Counted from the first letter of the stretch, positions 1 to 13,878 are shown. The stretch: DNA of 64,000 nucleotides from Octopus vulgaris (GCA_951406725.2 OX597818.1:81964001-82028000), one strand, 5' to 3'. The notes: generated by a model not told the origin, from the letters alone. A program made the numbers and translations.

Positions 1-497
1 TATCTGCTCTTTTATAAAGCATCAAATTATTTTAGACCTGGTAAGGGACTAAATCCAAATCTAGCGTAATCTCTATTTTCCCCTGAAGATGGGGGCATCA
101 TCTGCACAAAGGATCGTTGGAACACCTTATTATCCTCAAACATGTTACCCAAAACTCTTTTTAATGCTTATTACTTTCTCTATATTACATTTAGAATTTT
201 TAAAGTTCGTATTTTTTTCTTCATTTCATTGTTTTTATCTATGTTATCTTTACATATCTATATATCTATATGTCCGTGTTTCTTTTAAGTATTCACATGT
301 TTCTATATTTCTAATATATCAATATATATTTCACATTGGAAAATTCTTATTTTATTCTAATTAAACCCTTCTATGTATGTATTAATCATAGTCTGTCTAA
401 TCCCAAGCCTTTCTATTGTATCTATTATACTTGTCATGCACCTCGGGTTCGATTTGAGCACTTCTTCGCTATCTATGATTTTCGAAACAAAATTATA

Positions 498-560
<63 letters not shown>

Positions 561-856
561 GTGTGTATGTGTATGAGTGTGAATGTTTGTATGTGTGTTT
601 GTATCCACACGTCGTATTGGAAATTTTAGTAGTCGAAGTTTTCCGCATAAAACCACCTCAATCCACATTGTTTCTAAATAATATGCTATCAAAACTTTAT
701 GGAAATATTCACTTTCATCACTTAAAATTCTAACAAATTCTTCATATTTTCATGTAACATTGACTGGAGGTATATCATCAGGAGTTTCAAAATATTTGAT
801 GTGTAAAAATATTCTAGATTTTTCAGTTTATCAGTTCATCATTTTTTATCATTCTG

Positions 857-948
<92 letters not shown>

Positions 949-1518
949 GGTTGTATATGTATATATCATTTTTAGGAGTATACTTCTGTTTTATGGAACA
1001 TTAGGCAGCCATAACCCTAAGAGTAATCGAACACAGGCCTATAATCTAAGGAAGACTAATTTTAACTTTGGGAATTGCAAAGATCAATATATTATATATT
1101 ATATATCACTAATTTCTAGATTCTGCTTGTCTTTATTCAGACTGACGATGTTCTCTGGTCTTGATTACGCATATATGCATATATATATATATATATATAT
1201 GTATGAATGTATGCATGCATGTATGCATGTATGCATGTATGTATGTTTGTATTTATGTATGAATGTATGTATGTATGTGTGTATGTATGTATATGTATAG
1301 GAATCTGTATATGTGTGTATGTTTGTATCTAGGTATTTATATATGTATATGTGTACGTACACAGACACAAAAATACGCGCGGGCATAGACACACGAATCT
1401 GCATTCATGTATTTAAAAACAAGTTTCCATATATTTAAAATGGGATTTGCAAGACATAATTGTGACATTGTATCATTAATGGAATCGACGATATATGTTT
1501 GTATGTATGCATATATAT

Positions 1519-1568
<50 letters not shown>

Positions 1569-1646
1569 GTGTATATAAAAATATATATACATATATATAT
1601 ACATATATATACATATATATATACACATATATACATATATATATAC

Positions 1647-1686
<40 letters not shown>

Positions 1687-1955
1687 GCGCGCAAATATTC
1701 TTAGCTGTAAATACAATATAATAAACAATTAGTGATTGGAAGAGAGTAATACATAGATTTATTTTCGTAAATCCATTGTCTATTTAATGAGGAATATTTA
1801 CTTCCCTATATAGCGGAGTAAACAAAACACAGTAAGTCTAAGGGTTAGATATAGACGCAAAAACTCCCCTTGAAACATAATTAGTACATGTATAAATATA
1901 CGTACACACGGTAACACATATATATGTCCGACATACATACATATATATATAAACA

Positions 1956-1988
<33 letters not shown>

Positions 1989-1996
1989 GTATATAT

Positions 1997-2049
<53 letters not shown>

Positions 2050-2076
2050 GTATATGTATATATATATATATATACG

Positions 2077-2125
<49 letters not shown>

Positions 2126-2840
2126 GTATATGTATATATATGTATATACGTAAGTGTTTCCATAAACGTGGATGCGACAATGAATGGCGAGATGTGATTA
2201 GACACATCAAAATGGATGCAAAAAAACCCCTCCATACATATTTATATATAAAAGCACGCAATATTATAAAATAATCCATAAAAAATGATATAAATTTAGC
2301 AATAAGACAACTTGGTGATAAATATTTATCTCTATTACATCTGATGAATCGATGCTAACAACAACAGCAACAATAATAATAATGATAATATGAATAATAA
2401 TTACTTAAAGATGTATGAAGTTTATATTATCAAAACTATTTTAAAAGAAGTTACATTGCTGATTGGTTTAACGTGTTCTGGATAAGAACCAATTTTCTGT
2501 TTAGTTCCAAAATTATGTTCGTGCTTCATAGAAAATATATGAAGATTAAGACGAGACGTTGTAAAAGAAAGTATAAAAATATACCAATAATACTAGGACA
2601 AAAATATAAAAGAAATATAAAATATATAATAGAGGGAAAAAAAGAACAAATATAAAACTAGACATTGCAACAAAATAGATTCTTAAGGTGTATGACTGTT
2701 TTTTAGTTATTGTATGTGTATATATCTCCCTATTTTGCGATATCTATTGATCTAACTCTCCCACTTGTTGTTTATCTCCTTCTATCTCTCTCTTTATACT
2801 TTCTCTCTCTCTCACACACATATCTATATATGCATGTATG

Positions 2841-2901
<61 letters not shown>

Positions 2902-2999
2902 GTGTGTGTGTGTATGTATGTTTATGTATAGGGAAGTCCGTATATGTATGGATATATGTATGTATGAATGTATGTATGTATGTATGTATATATACATCA

Positions 3000-3385
3000 C
3001 ATTGTTCCTCGTGGGAAGAAACAAGACCAATATGGGATATACTGATCCCGTGGCATTAAGTACCCTGAAAGTGATCCCGAACAACAACTGCAGGGTGATG
3101 ATGGCGACGTCACTTCTCTTCATGTAGTCTCCTGTATTCGATTTCCAAACTTTCTATTCCTACATCATACACGGACCTCCATTCCTTGCGATTAATGGCA
3201 TTTTTTCGATGGCCCGATAACTGAAGAGATGGCGGCGTAGGTTTCCGCCCCGACATACAAAACTCGGAGTTTTATCATGGCTACCGAATAATTATCACAT
3301 ATTATATTTACAGATAAATTCCTGTTTACATAATATCGAGGTCTCTTTCATTATTTTGTTGTCTTACCATTTCTATTATTCAATC
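3000..3385 (+). mobile_element. Penelope-like element terminal (pLTR-like) fragment with decayed hammerhead motif
   Basis: Non-microsatellite block between (AT)n and (ATCT)n. It holds the hammerhead-like motif at 3216-3276. Its downstream part recurs inverted at 10441-10488, and CGGACCTCCATTCCTTGCGATTA recurs at ~3837-3859. Confidence 0.55.
3216..3276 (+). ncRNA. Decayed type I hammerhead ribozyme motif (G12 to A)
   Basis: GATAA-CTGAAGA-stem II (GATG/GCGG..CCGC/CATAC)-AAAA (expected GAAA)-CTCGGAGT-T-TTATC. Stem I GATAA/TTATC pairs perfectly and stem III ACTC-G-GAGT is near-palindromic. Confidence 0.65.
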
Positions 3386-3394
3386 AATCAATCA

Positions 3395-3460
<66 letters not shown>

Positions 3461-3469
3461 GTATCTATG

Positions 3470-3540
<71 letters not shown>

Positions 3541-3541
3541 G

Positions 3542-3584
<43 letters not shown>

Positions 3585-3601
3585 GTATCTATCTATCTAT
3601 G

Positions 3602-3640
<39 letters not shown>

Positions 3641-3641
3641 G

Positions 3642-3740
<99 letters not shown>
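3386..3740. repeat. (ATCT)n microsatellite
   Basis: ~350 bp of ATCT units with occasional ATGT variants. Confidence 0.98.
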
Positions 3741-3869
3741 TTGAATACTAAGCAAATATTCTTTTAAAGTACTTTTCATTTAATTTTTCCAAAATTTAAT
3801 TCTTTTCCATACTAGCAATTGAAAAAGTGTCATATGCGGACCTCCATTCCTTGCGATTAGTAGACAAGT

Positions 3870-5200
3870 ACTCAAAACGGTTTGGAGGGACACAGCATAA
3901 AGGATGATTATATTCAGTCTCCGTCTCGTTGAAGAATACCATCTTTGGGAGCCGGTACTTGGCATCCAAATCACATGGTCAACCCAGCGGTGAAGACTGT
4001 GAAGCATGCAGGTCTTATTAATAAAAATTCCAGCCCTAAGGAGGATTTAGGTGTAAGGCAACATGTCCCGCCACGTGAGACGGAAGATATTTTGAAGCGA
4101 TCTGATATGGGATGTTGTCTGATTTGATGTGATAAAGGGTCCATCAGTCAAACCCATACGGGAATGTGGATACACAGACAGCTCGATAAACGGCGATTGT
4201 TGTATTTGTTCTAAGTTTCTTTTTCTAAAAGACTCTTTCACTGAGTCTCCCCGAAAGATGTAAGAGAGTTGAAGTATCCGCCCCCCCCCCAAGGAGTCCA
4301 GGATAGCAAAACGAGTCTAACTGTTGTAGAGAAGCATCTTTAATAAGAATGGGCTGAGGGTAAGGTGAGTATGGGAATGCTGATAGGAGAACTTCAGTTT
4401 TGTAATGATTCGCTTGAATACCAAAACGAGAATAGCCACTGTTCATTCAGTTTGTTATGTGTTGAAGGGAAGTGGCGGTATGAGTTGGTGCAACTAGATC
4501 GCCAGAATTCTTATATTTGTACCCCGTTGTTAAGAGGATTATCGATATGGCTTTCAGGCGGCTAGTTTTACAGATGATGTTATCATAGAGCCACTCGATA
4601 CAAATTCCCTCTTTTTCGGTCTACCGGAAAGAAGGATTACAACCATCAGAAAGATGTTAAACAACTCAAAGGCAAGGACGTATCGTCTTTTTAAACCCCA
4701 TCTGACATCAAGACATTATGAGGCTTCACCACCGAGTGTCACTCTCGCTTGATACCGTCGTGAAACTTACGGACAATAAAGAGGAATTTCTGAAGCAGGC
4801 GCCACAACAGAGGACGGGTGACCGCGTCAATCACCTTTGTTAGATCGATGAAGATATAATGATGATACGAATTGACCTTTGGGAAGAGTCAACTGCAGCG
4901 TAATGTGACAGTCATGCTGTCCAACTGTACAATCTGCCATCTTGTTTGTAATGGAGATCTTCACAGCGAAGGTCATTTTATGAGTTCTGTCGTTGCCATT
5001 GGAGACAACCTTCTTGTAGAATGTGCATCCCTCTACCTGTTCAGTAAGAGCACTTTCTTCTGATAAGCGCATGTCGCTAAGAGCTGCTATGTGTCATTGT
5101 AGCATTTCAGCTCGGATGCAACCAGAGCAGTCCTTCAATGGAGACAACCTGAATTAGGAAGATGAAGTTCGAACATTCCAGGAAGCGATTGACAGTATTT
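3870..5200 (-). mobile_element. RTE-clade LINE relic (APE endonuclease and RT fragments, internally deleted and disrupted)
   Basis: Minus-strand translations: ILSIASWNVRT, RTALVASELK and IAALSD/RLSEESALTEQVEGCTF (APE N-terminal motifs); FGIQANHYKTEVL..LQQLDSFCYPG (RT C-terminal); LHRWVDHVIWM (RTE LRW.GHV.RM motif). Stops and frameshifts throughout. Confidence 0.85.
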
Positions 5201-5856
5201 TGAAGTTTCGACGGCATTAAAGGGCTGACCTGTCAGGTGCAGTTTCCTGATCTGGTAGAAAGATGCAAGCTTTATCTGGACCACCTTTTCTAGGCTGCCT
5301 CTCAGAATACGGTAGGTAGTGCCTTCCTTATGTAGAGCTGCCTAGATGCATGAGCAGGACCGATGGAGCATGTTGCTTCTTGGAAAAGTCTATAGTGGCC
5401 ATCTTTCTCATGCTGCAACGATGCAAGCTTCTTGCTAGACGCTTCCAGCATCTAATAATTTGTAGGTACATGGTATTTCTTTATACAGCAATAATGTACT
5501 TTAAAGTATATTAAAACATTCATAAGTCAATACCACGTTCTACTGCGATAGCAATGCTCTTTCATTATTTTGTTAAGGTTATTTCTACTGATATTCCATA
5601 GAAATTGTAGCCAGCACTGATTTTTGCTACAACGATTCGTATCTAGATGTCAGGTGTAAACAAACAATGAGATCGAAGACAAAAGTGGGTAATGAGAGTA
5701 TATGCCATATTTCCGGTGTTCCTGTCCCTTTATCATCACCCATATACATGTTTGCTTCCGTCACCAGTTGCTCACCGCCGATAGAGTTGGGAGACGAAAA
5801 CAAGGAGGAAAATGAAGGAAAAAGGCTGAGATGAATCGATGTCTGCGCAAAGATTT

Positions 5857-5894
<38 letters not shown>

Positions 5895-6304
5895 ACAGGA
5901 GTGGCTGTGTGGTAATTAGGTTGCTTACCAACCACATGGTTCAGGTTTAGTGTACATTCCCACTGCGTGGCACCTTGGGCAGGTGTCTTCTATTATGGTC
6001 TCGGGCCGACCAAACCCTTGTGACTGGATTTGATAGACGGAAACTGAAAGAAGCCCGTCGTATATATATATATATATATATGTACGTATGTGTGTGTATA
6101 TGTTTGTGTGTCTGTGTTTGGCCCCCAACATCGTTTGACAACAGAAGGTGGTGTGCTTACGTCTCCGTAACTTAGTGGTTCGGCAAAAGAGACCGAAAGA
6201 ATAAGTACTGGGCTTCCAAAGAATAAGTCCTGGGGTCGATTTGCTCTTGTGAAGGCGGTGCTGTGGCATGGCCGTAGCCAAATGACTGAAACAATTAAAA
6301 GAGT
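5895..6304 (+). mobile_element. tRNA-derived SINE, family A (octopus-type, internal microsatellite)
   Basis: Head GGAGTGGCTGTGTGGTAA (A-box-like), then CCCACTGCGTGGCACCTTGGGCAGGTGTCTTC, internal (TA)/(TG)n, and tail AATGACTGAAACAATTAAAAGA. Several homologous copies in the window. Confidence 0.85.
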
Positions 6305-6802
6305 ATATATATATTGGACCAGAGTGAGAATATAAACATACATACACAAATATAAATACACACACATACAGACACAAACTCATATATACGTACTTACACA
6401 CACACAATGCTGTGTAATTCGCATAATTTAGAAGATTCTGCAAATTCAGTATTCATTGTAACTCAAAAATTAATATCCTATCCACGATCAACTGGCCACC
6501 ACAACCATCATTATCACCAGCACCCCCACCGTCATCCCAACTACCACTACTGCAATCACCACCACCACCTGCCAGTGCCTTTGTATATACTACCGGTAAT
6601 ACTAAACCTACTACCAGTATCCACCTTCCAGACACTTCTCTTGACCTCACACGTTTTCTAAAATCCCTATTAAATCCACACTTTAACACATGACCACCCA
6701 CCGTGATAAAATTAACGTTCCGTAATATATTTATTCATATAATCACGCTGTCAATTACAGCTTTAACTAAATCTTACTCAGTACCTTTAGTTTCGTACAT
6801 TA

Positions 6803-6880
<78 letters not shown>

Positions 6881-7116
6881 TTCTTGGCGAAAGGAGGAAG
6901 GGTTTTGGCTGATTTTTCTTTCTTTTTTTCATTCTTAGTATCCTTCACGTCAAATTTATTTGTTTTAGTTTTGTATTTTTAGCTATTCTTCGATAATTCT
7001 TTTTATAGCAACTTCCCTAATCAGACGTCTTGAATTTCTTTTATTATTCTATTAGCAAAATTTCTCTCGATTTGGGTTGGTGACGGCGTAAGTTCATTTA
7101 AGATAGGCATTTGTAC

Positions 7117-7177
<61 letters not shown>

Positions 7178-8174
7178 TAAACATACGTACATATATTCCC
7201 CTATGTAAATGCATGTACATACATATACACACAAAAACACCCCCTGACACTCATCTACTCCAAAATATACTTACAGACAAACAAACATACACATATAACT
7301 AAAAGTGAACTGATAGATTTATCCACACATTTATTCACAGATGTCTTTATATTCTTCTATCGACCTCTCTTCACATCTTCAATGTATCTATACAAACTAA
7401 AGAATTGCAATGCTTTGAATACAATGGTAGTTATTCTCTCAAAACTAGATTACTATGTCCTTTACCTTCAAGACATCTTTCTGGTGTTCATCAAGTATTT
7501 TTTTTAATAATTTTGTAGTTTTTACATCATTTTAACAACCATTTTAAAAAATCTTTTTTGTGTCTTTTTGATATTTTTTTATCTCTTTATCGTCTTCCAT
7601 GTTTTTTTTGTTACATTTTCTTAATATCTTTTACCATGTATTTTTCAGGTTTATTTTTCTTTTTTTTTTTGAATGGTAATTCTTTGCTTTTTCATTTCAG
7701 ATTTAGAATTGTTTTTGTTTCCGTGGTATCTTTTAGACATAAAAAAAATTCTATTTCAGTATACTTACACACACATACAAACATGTGTTTATGTTGACAT
7801 ATTCATTTATGCATACACACACACACATATATATATATATACACGCACACAAACACCCACCCTCACAAACGCACAACCACACGAACAAGCCTTCGATGCT
7901 CGGCAGTAAACAGCCATAGCGAAAGTAACATAATTATTGTGAATACCATTAACGAAAAGTCACCTACAAATCTTAATGAAAATAAAATAAACGTGAAATT
8001 ATCTCTACTGAATTTAATCTCTATAACATAGGTTTTCGCTGAAGATTATGATAAAATACGTTTCAGTCTATTTATTATGTAGTCTCGAAAATCTGATTTA
8101 ACTCAATGTATTCGGCTAAACAGAATTTCACTTTCAAGCCACAAATTGTGTTGTAAATTGTATTATAGCCACAC

Positions 8175-8345
8175 TGAGCAATCTTCGAGAAGGACCGAGT
8201 CAAACGAATCGCCCCCAATACTGATTAGGAAGTCTGGTACTTATTCTATCGAAATACTTTACTGAATTGATAAGTCCCGAGTTCGTGGGCTAATCCACGC
8301 CGGATGTGAAGCGGTTGTGGGACGCAAAAACAAACAATGGCACAC
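8175..8345 (-). mobile_element. SINE family A, degenerate 3' fragment
   Basis: GTACTTATTCTATCGA and flanking sequence match the reverse complement of the 3' half of 5895-6304. Confidence 0.55.
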
Positions 8346-8436
8346 TGAAGTCATATATGTATGCATATATATATATACATATACATATATATAAATAAAT
8401 ATATATATATAAATAAATAAATAAATATATATATAT

Positions 8437-8517
<81 letters not shown>

Positions 8518-8706
8518 GATATTGTATAATTATAAACAGGACAAATTTTACCCATTTCTCCGCAGACTGGAAAAAAATTATGGACAACCGTAATCGATCT
8601 CTGCATCCCATTATACAGGTAAACCGTTGCTTAATTTAAATCCCGTGCACATGCGGAATTATGTTATAGCGAAACATGTGTAGTGTTTAGTAAATAGTGT
8701 TTAGTA

Positions 8707-8870
8707 TATAGCGGTGTACGTACACCCTTGTGCTCACCTTATAGTATTATAGAAGGTATGTATCTAAATTTTGTACGACTCTTACTCTATCTTTATTCCC
8801 CTCTCATTTTTCTTCCTTTTTCTCTCTCCCACACTCTCACAATTCTTGGCCCTCTATTCCTTTACCTCCC
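8707..8870. repeat. Dispersed direct repeat, copy 1 (copy 2 at ~12414-12600)
   Basis: TATAGCGGYGTACGTACACCCTTGTGCTC..GGTATGTATCTAAATTTTGTACGACTCTTACT is shared by both loci. Confidence 0.85.
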
Positions 8871-8895
8871 ACTAGCGGTCACTGATTTGTAACAA

Positions 8896-9304
8896 GCAAA
8901 ATAGCTAGTAATAACATCTCAAGAAGAGATAGAGTAATAACATATATTTAACAGTAAAGCGAGTAACCACATCAAAGTAGCTGATGCATGTTGCTACTAA
9001 TTTAACTCCAGGCGGATCTCCACCAACTGGTTTTCGCTGCAAAGCTCTGCACCCATTATATACAATATATTGCTAGCAATATATCATGATCCTGTCAGAA
9101 GCTGGGAAATAGTAGGGTTTCGCTAGCGGTATATTGTATATAAAGTGTGCAGAGCTTGCACCGAAAAGCAGCTGGGGCAGAATCCTCCCAGGGTTAAACC
9201 TGTAGTAACATTCATCTGCCACTTTCATGTAGCTTCTTGATTTACTGTTTAGTATACGTTACCCCTGCATCTCTTCTTGAGATTTTTATAACTTGCTATT
9301 TTGC
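8896..9304. mobile_element. Foldback/MITE-like element with long imperfect inverted arms
   Basis: Arms 8896-9077 and 9122-9304 pair: GCAAAATAGC/GCTATTTTGC, ATCTCAAGAAGAGAT/ATCTCTTCTTGAGAT, GCTCTGCAC/GTGCAGAGC, TATATACAATATA/TATATTGTATATA. Confidence 0.75.
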
Positions 9305-9311
9305 GTATATG

Positions 9312-9345
<34 letters not shown>

Positions 9346-9441
9346 ATTATTATTTGAGGGAATAAAATCCAAACTTACAAGGAAAAAGAATTCAATTTAA
9401 AAATACTAAATCAAATTCCTCACAATATAATATACATAAAA

Positions 9442-9693
9442 ATATTAGAAAAAAGACCACCTTTTATCAATTCAAAATGAATAATTACATTACACCATCT
9501 AGAAAATTACATATAATAGAAAAGTTAAAATTAAAATAACAATTAAAAAGTAAAGATTAAGTAAATTACCAGAATAATATAATGTATATAATTGTTATTT
9601 TAATTTTAACTTTCTCTATTATATGTAATTTTCTATATGATGTAATTTAATTATTCATTTTGAATAGATAAAAGGTGTTTTTTTTTCTAATAT
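9442..9693. repeat. Inverted repeat, ~104-bp AT-rich arms
   Basis: 9442-9545 is the near reverse complement of 9589-9693, e.g. TTCAAAATGAATAATTA/TAATTATTCATTTTGAA. Confidence 0.9.
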
Positions 9694-9746
<53 letters not shown>

Positions 9747-9784
9747 GAATGGAGCTGAACGACGAATTAACAAAATTCTTTTAA

Positions 9785-9864
9785 TTTCGACATATGTTTC
9801 AAGGCTGCATATTCCTAATTGCGAAGGAATAAGGAGTAGATTATGCCGCTTTCTCATCAGGAAA
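9785..9864 (-). ncRNA. Type I hammerhead ribozyme (inverted copy, 1-nt deletion at base of stem II)
   Basis: Minus strand reads TTTC-CTGATGA-GAAAGCGGCATA..TATGCAGCCTT-GAAA-CATATG-TC-GAAA. Confidence 0.7.
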
Positions 9865-10108
9865 AGCAAGGAACTTATGTCAACATCAAAATGCACAAAA
9901 ATCTTTTAGATGATTGCTCACACGGAGCCCATAGCGATAATGAGTGTCTCTTTAAAATATTCCTTTATAAGGAATACATCCAACCATTTTGACATCACTC
10001 CTTATAAAGGAATATTTTAAAGAGACACTCATTATCGCTATGGGCTCCGTGTGAGCAATCATCTAAAAGTTTTTTTGTGCATTTTGATGTTGGCATAAGT
10101 TCCTTGCT

Positions 10109-10189
10109 TTTCCTGATGAGAAAGCGGCATAATCTACTCCTTATTCCTTCGCAATTAGGAATATGCAGCCTTCGAAACATATGTCGAAA
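10109..10189 (+). ncRNA. Type I hammerhead ribozyme, canonical core, GUC site after 10185
   Basis: TTTC-CTGATGA(10113-19)-GAAAGCGGCATA..TATGCAGCCTTC-GAAA(10174-77)-CATATG-TC-GAAA. Stem I is TTTC/GAAA, stem II closes with G-C, and stem III is the palindrome ACATATGT. Confidence 0.85.
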
Positions 10190-10393
10190 TTAATGGAATT
10201 TTGTTAATTCGTCGTTCAGCTCCATTCTTTCATATATTTATATTTTTAAAATAAACATACAACTTTCCACACGAAAGCACGTAATCCATGCCCTAGGCAC
10301 GTAACTTCAACCATGTTTTTTCTGATGTGAATTTGCTCCTCCCCAGGTATCGGTTAATTCGAATTATCCTAAATAAGATAATTCATTCAACTA

Positions 10394-10444
<51 letters not shown>

Positions 10445-10514
10445 GTAAATGTAATAAGTGACAATTATTCGGTAGCCATGATAAAACTGTGATGACGAGG
10501 ATCTCTCATGTCAA

Positions 10515-10611
10515 CTGAGTGCTCAGTCACTTGCACCTTATTTTCACGAGCAAGCTGTTCCGCTGATCGGATCAACTGAGACATTCCCCGCCGTAACTGA
10601 CGGAATGCCAG
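10515..10611 (+). mobile_element. SINE family C, 3' fragment
   Basis: GAGTGCTCAGTCACTTGCAC..TTTCACGAGCAAGCTGTTCCGCTGATCGGATCAACTG matches the reverse complement of 41940-42035. Confidence 0.75.
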
Positions 10612-11044
10612 CTTTTAGACTTAAACAGTCAGAAAATCAGAATTCACACAAAAATGTATACATTTGAATTATATATATATTAAACGGCGGTGCATCAGCA
10701 TGACCGCAGCTCTGAGCTGAAACTACAGAAAAAAATATATACATATATATATATTGATGAAAGAAGTCCTTATTAAGATTCTTCATTTAAAATTCATGTC
10801 ATCAAAAATTTAGTATTCCGTTTCAAATACGATGGAGAGTAAAAAGTGATTTATGCTTTCATCATTTGATGTTTAAAATCATTTTATACTTTTAAAATTA
10901 TCGATGTTATGTTATATGAACTGGAGCGTTAAATTTTATATGATTTGAAATATATTCAAACATCATAAATTTTAACCGTTCAATTTATGATGCATAATTT
11001 TAGAATAGGCGTAGGCATTAAAAATAACATTAGTAACATAACCC

Positions 11045-11405
11045 GAAGATCCTGTAATTGTAGGTCTCGGGCCAATTACCTGAACAATACGTGTCTAGGA
11101 AAAGAATTACTGTACAAGGCCAGCATTTTATGAACAGAACAACAAAATCATACATTGGAGACAGATATACGCAGTATGTGACTTCGTTCAGACATAAAAA
11201 CAAAAGACCCACTACATCTTTATCGAATATCGTCTCATAGTAGTAAGCGACTTCCAAATAAACTGCAACGTTATATCTAAGCCAAGAAGCGGGGTAGAAA
11301 ATACGAGTTCTGCACCATTAAATGACTAAATATCATAATATTAACAGTGAAATCTTCTCCCCTTGCATTCACAAGCAACAATTCATACTTCGAAATTTGA
11401 AGCAC
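11045..11405 (+). mobile_element. Penelope-like element GIY-YIG endonuclease relic (probably Neptune-type)
   Basis: Frameshifted translation SCNCR..NTCLGKELLYKASI..TKSYIG..RYTQYVTSFRHKNKRPTTSLSNIV..PCIHKQQFIL fits the Cys-rich linker, YKA/YIG and C-terminal C.H pattern of PLE endonucleases. Confidence 0.8.
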
Positions 11406-12345
11406 GACTGTCATCCACTTCGCCACCCTCCAGCTTGGCCAAGAACTTCTCTGGACATCGATTACATGTAATATATGAATATTATGTATAAAAGTTACCC
11501 ACCCCCACTAAAAGTATGGAGTCCATCATTTTGCAGATATGTATGCTTTACACATATTCATGACATCATATGATTCATAGAAAACTATTAATATATACGC
11601 AGAGACAAAGTTTGGCGTCGAAAACTGTAAAACACATAATCATACACGAACAAAATGCATAATGCACAATTTATGCGCGCGTGTGTGTGAATATATACAT
11701 ATATATATATATATATACATATATACATATAAAATTAATCAGAGGACATACTAAGTGCGTCTACCTGCTGGAAATAACAGTCAAAACTCTTATTTGAATC
11801 GCCAAAATATACTGATAATAACTACAGAAATCAACCGTCCGAAGGCAAACGGGATAAGACACTCTCAGCATACATTGAAGTATTTGGATTCACGGGGCCG
11901 GTTTCTGGACTGGCATTATTACCTCACCTTCCTCAGCACACGTTACCATGAAGGAGAAAATCAATGATGTCTTCGCAAATACTTTCTCCTGAATTATTCG
12001 CCCCGTTTTGAAATTATATTATATTATATATGTGTGTGTGCGTGTGTATGTGTGCGTGTCAGTGTTTGGGTTAGTGTATCTTTGTGCGTAACAGTGTATT
12101 CATTTGAGTGCGTACATATTTTGTAAGGATGTGCGCAAGCGTTCTCGCATAGAATGATTATGGAATAAAATCTATGGTGAACACAGTACATTTAAAAAAT
12201 TCCAGAGCTATATATATATATATATATATATGTATATACACACACACACACGCATATATATATATGTATACATATATATGTATATATATATGTATACATA
12301 TATATGTATATATATATGTATACATATATATGTATCTATATATAC

Positions 12346-12395
<50 letters not shown>

Positions 12396-12413
12396 GTATA
12401 TATATGTATATAT

Positions 12414-12600
12414 ATATAGCGGCGTACGTACACCCTTGTGCTCTCACCATATAGCATTATAGTTGGTATGTATCTAAATTTTGTACGACTCTTACTTTTT
12501 CTTTTATGTCCCTTCTCAGTTTTCTTCCTTTTTTCTCGCTCTCTCATTTCTCATTTCTTGGCCCTCTCTTTCTTTATCTCCCAATATTTCCCACTTTTTT
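12414..12600. repeat. Dispersed direct repeat, copy 2 (copy 1 at ~8707-8870)
   Basis: Shares the sequence quoted for 8707-8870. Confidence 0.85.
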
Positions 12601-12755
12601 TATCTCCCCTGTACATTTCCCTTTGTCTCTGATTCTTTTTTTTATAATCATTCAATTTCACCGCCTCCTACCCATTTCTCTTCCTTCCACGGTGTCCGGC
12701 TGAGTCACGATCTTTCTTTCTTGGCCTGACTGCCGACTGCAATATTCTGATACAG

Positions 12756-12820
<65 letters not shown>

Positions 12821-13327
12821 GAATGTACCTATGTGTGTCTCTATCTGTGCGTGTGTACATATATGGCCGTACAGAAATCCAAAACGTAACACATGGATTC
12901 GAATTTTAGATTGTGCAGAACCCAAAATTCCGTTTAACAGGCGGTTACAATCTCGTTGTTTAACTATAAAACCACTAAAATACTCCAATCAAAGAACGAA
13001 ACCAATCAGAAGTGTTATCTACCCAGAATACTGTCCGTTCTGACTATCATTTCTTAACTGCTCTTTTCTAATACTTAGGACATGAGAAATGTGTGACAAT
13101 AATTCTTAAAAGAAAATATCATTGAATAATAATGTCAACAATGAGAAATTCGAATTTTCAATAAAATATCAGATTGCCCTCTGTTTATTTAATTGACAAT
13201 TTATTACAAACAAATAACACATTCACAAAATATTTCATACATTTAGAAAATTTTACACCAGGCATATTCCAGTAGTCTTCCTCATAAATTCAAACACAGT
13301 GCTCCTATATATTTTAATTATAACGTT

Positions 13328-13430
<103 letters not shown>

Positions 13431-13815
13431 ATACGATGATATGGTGAACGGTGCCGAATTTTACACTTTTGTAAATAAATAGAATAGTAATTATAATCAT
13501 AATAATATTTTATAAGCTTATCAGAGATGACCATGCATTGGCTAAAATAAATAGTCTAATGTTGAGGCATATAAGTTCTCAACGCAATAAGGTGAGGTTT
13601 ACTGTACGCATGGGACTCGTGCCCACACCTCTATGTATTCTCGTGAAGTGTGCTACCATTACACTGACGTATGTGTATGAATGTGCGTGTATGTCTGTGT
13701 GTGTGCGGCCGTGTGTTTGAGTAAACGTAACTTTGTGTGCCAATATGTATGTTTAGTTCCAGTGCTGTCGTCATGCTGAGTCACCACCGCACAAAGAGAA
13801 CAGCAATCGGAATAA

Positions 13816-13878
<63 letters not shown>

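Larger units (their letters stand above)
9741..10397. mobile_element. PLE-like terminal region with inverted duplication (arms 9741-9973 and 9999-10233)
   Basis: ~233-bp near-identical inverted arms with a 25-bp spacer, each containing a hammerhead motif. The block is flanked on both sides by (TA)n. Inverted pLTR arrangements are typical of PLEs. Confidence 0.8.

Noticed and set aside
1-150. Possible PLE ORF end (..GLNPNLA*) followed by CTGAAGA..AAACATGT hammerhead-like motif
   Set aside because: G12 is missing and no stem I partner is present. It may be a remnant but cannot be supported.
735-788. Minus-strand CTGATGA..GAAA motif with partial stem I (AAACTC/GAATTT)
   Set aside because: Stems II and III need several assumed mutations.
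2340-2360. Isolated CTGATGA
   Set aside because: No downstream stem II or GAAA; expected by chance.
8030-8105. CTGAAGA..GTAGTCTCGAAAATCTGATT hammerhead-like motif
   Set aside because: No adjacent stem I pairing, and the stem II register is broken.
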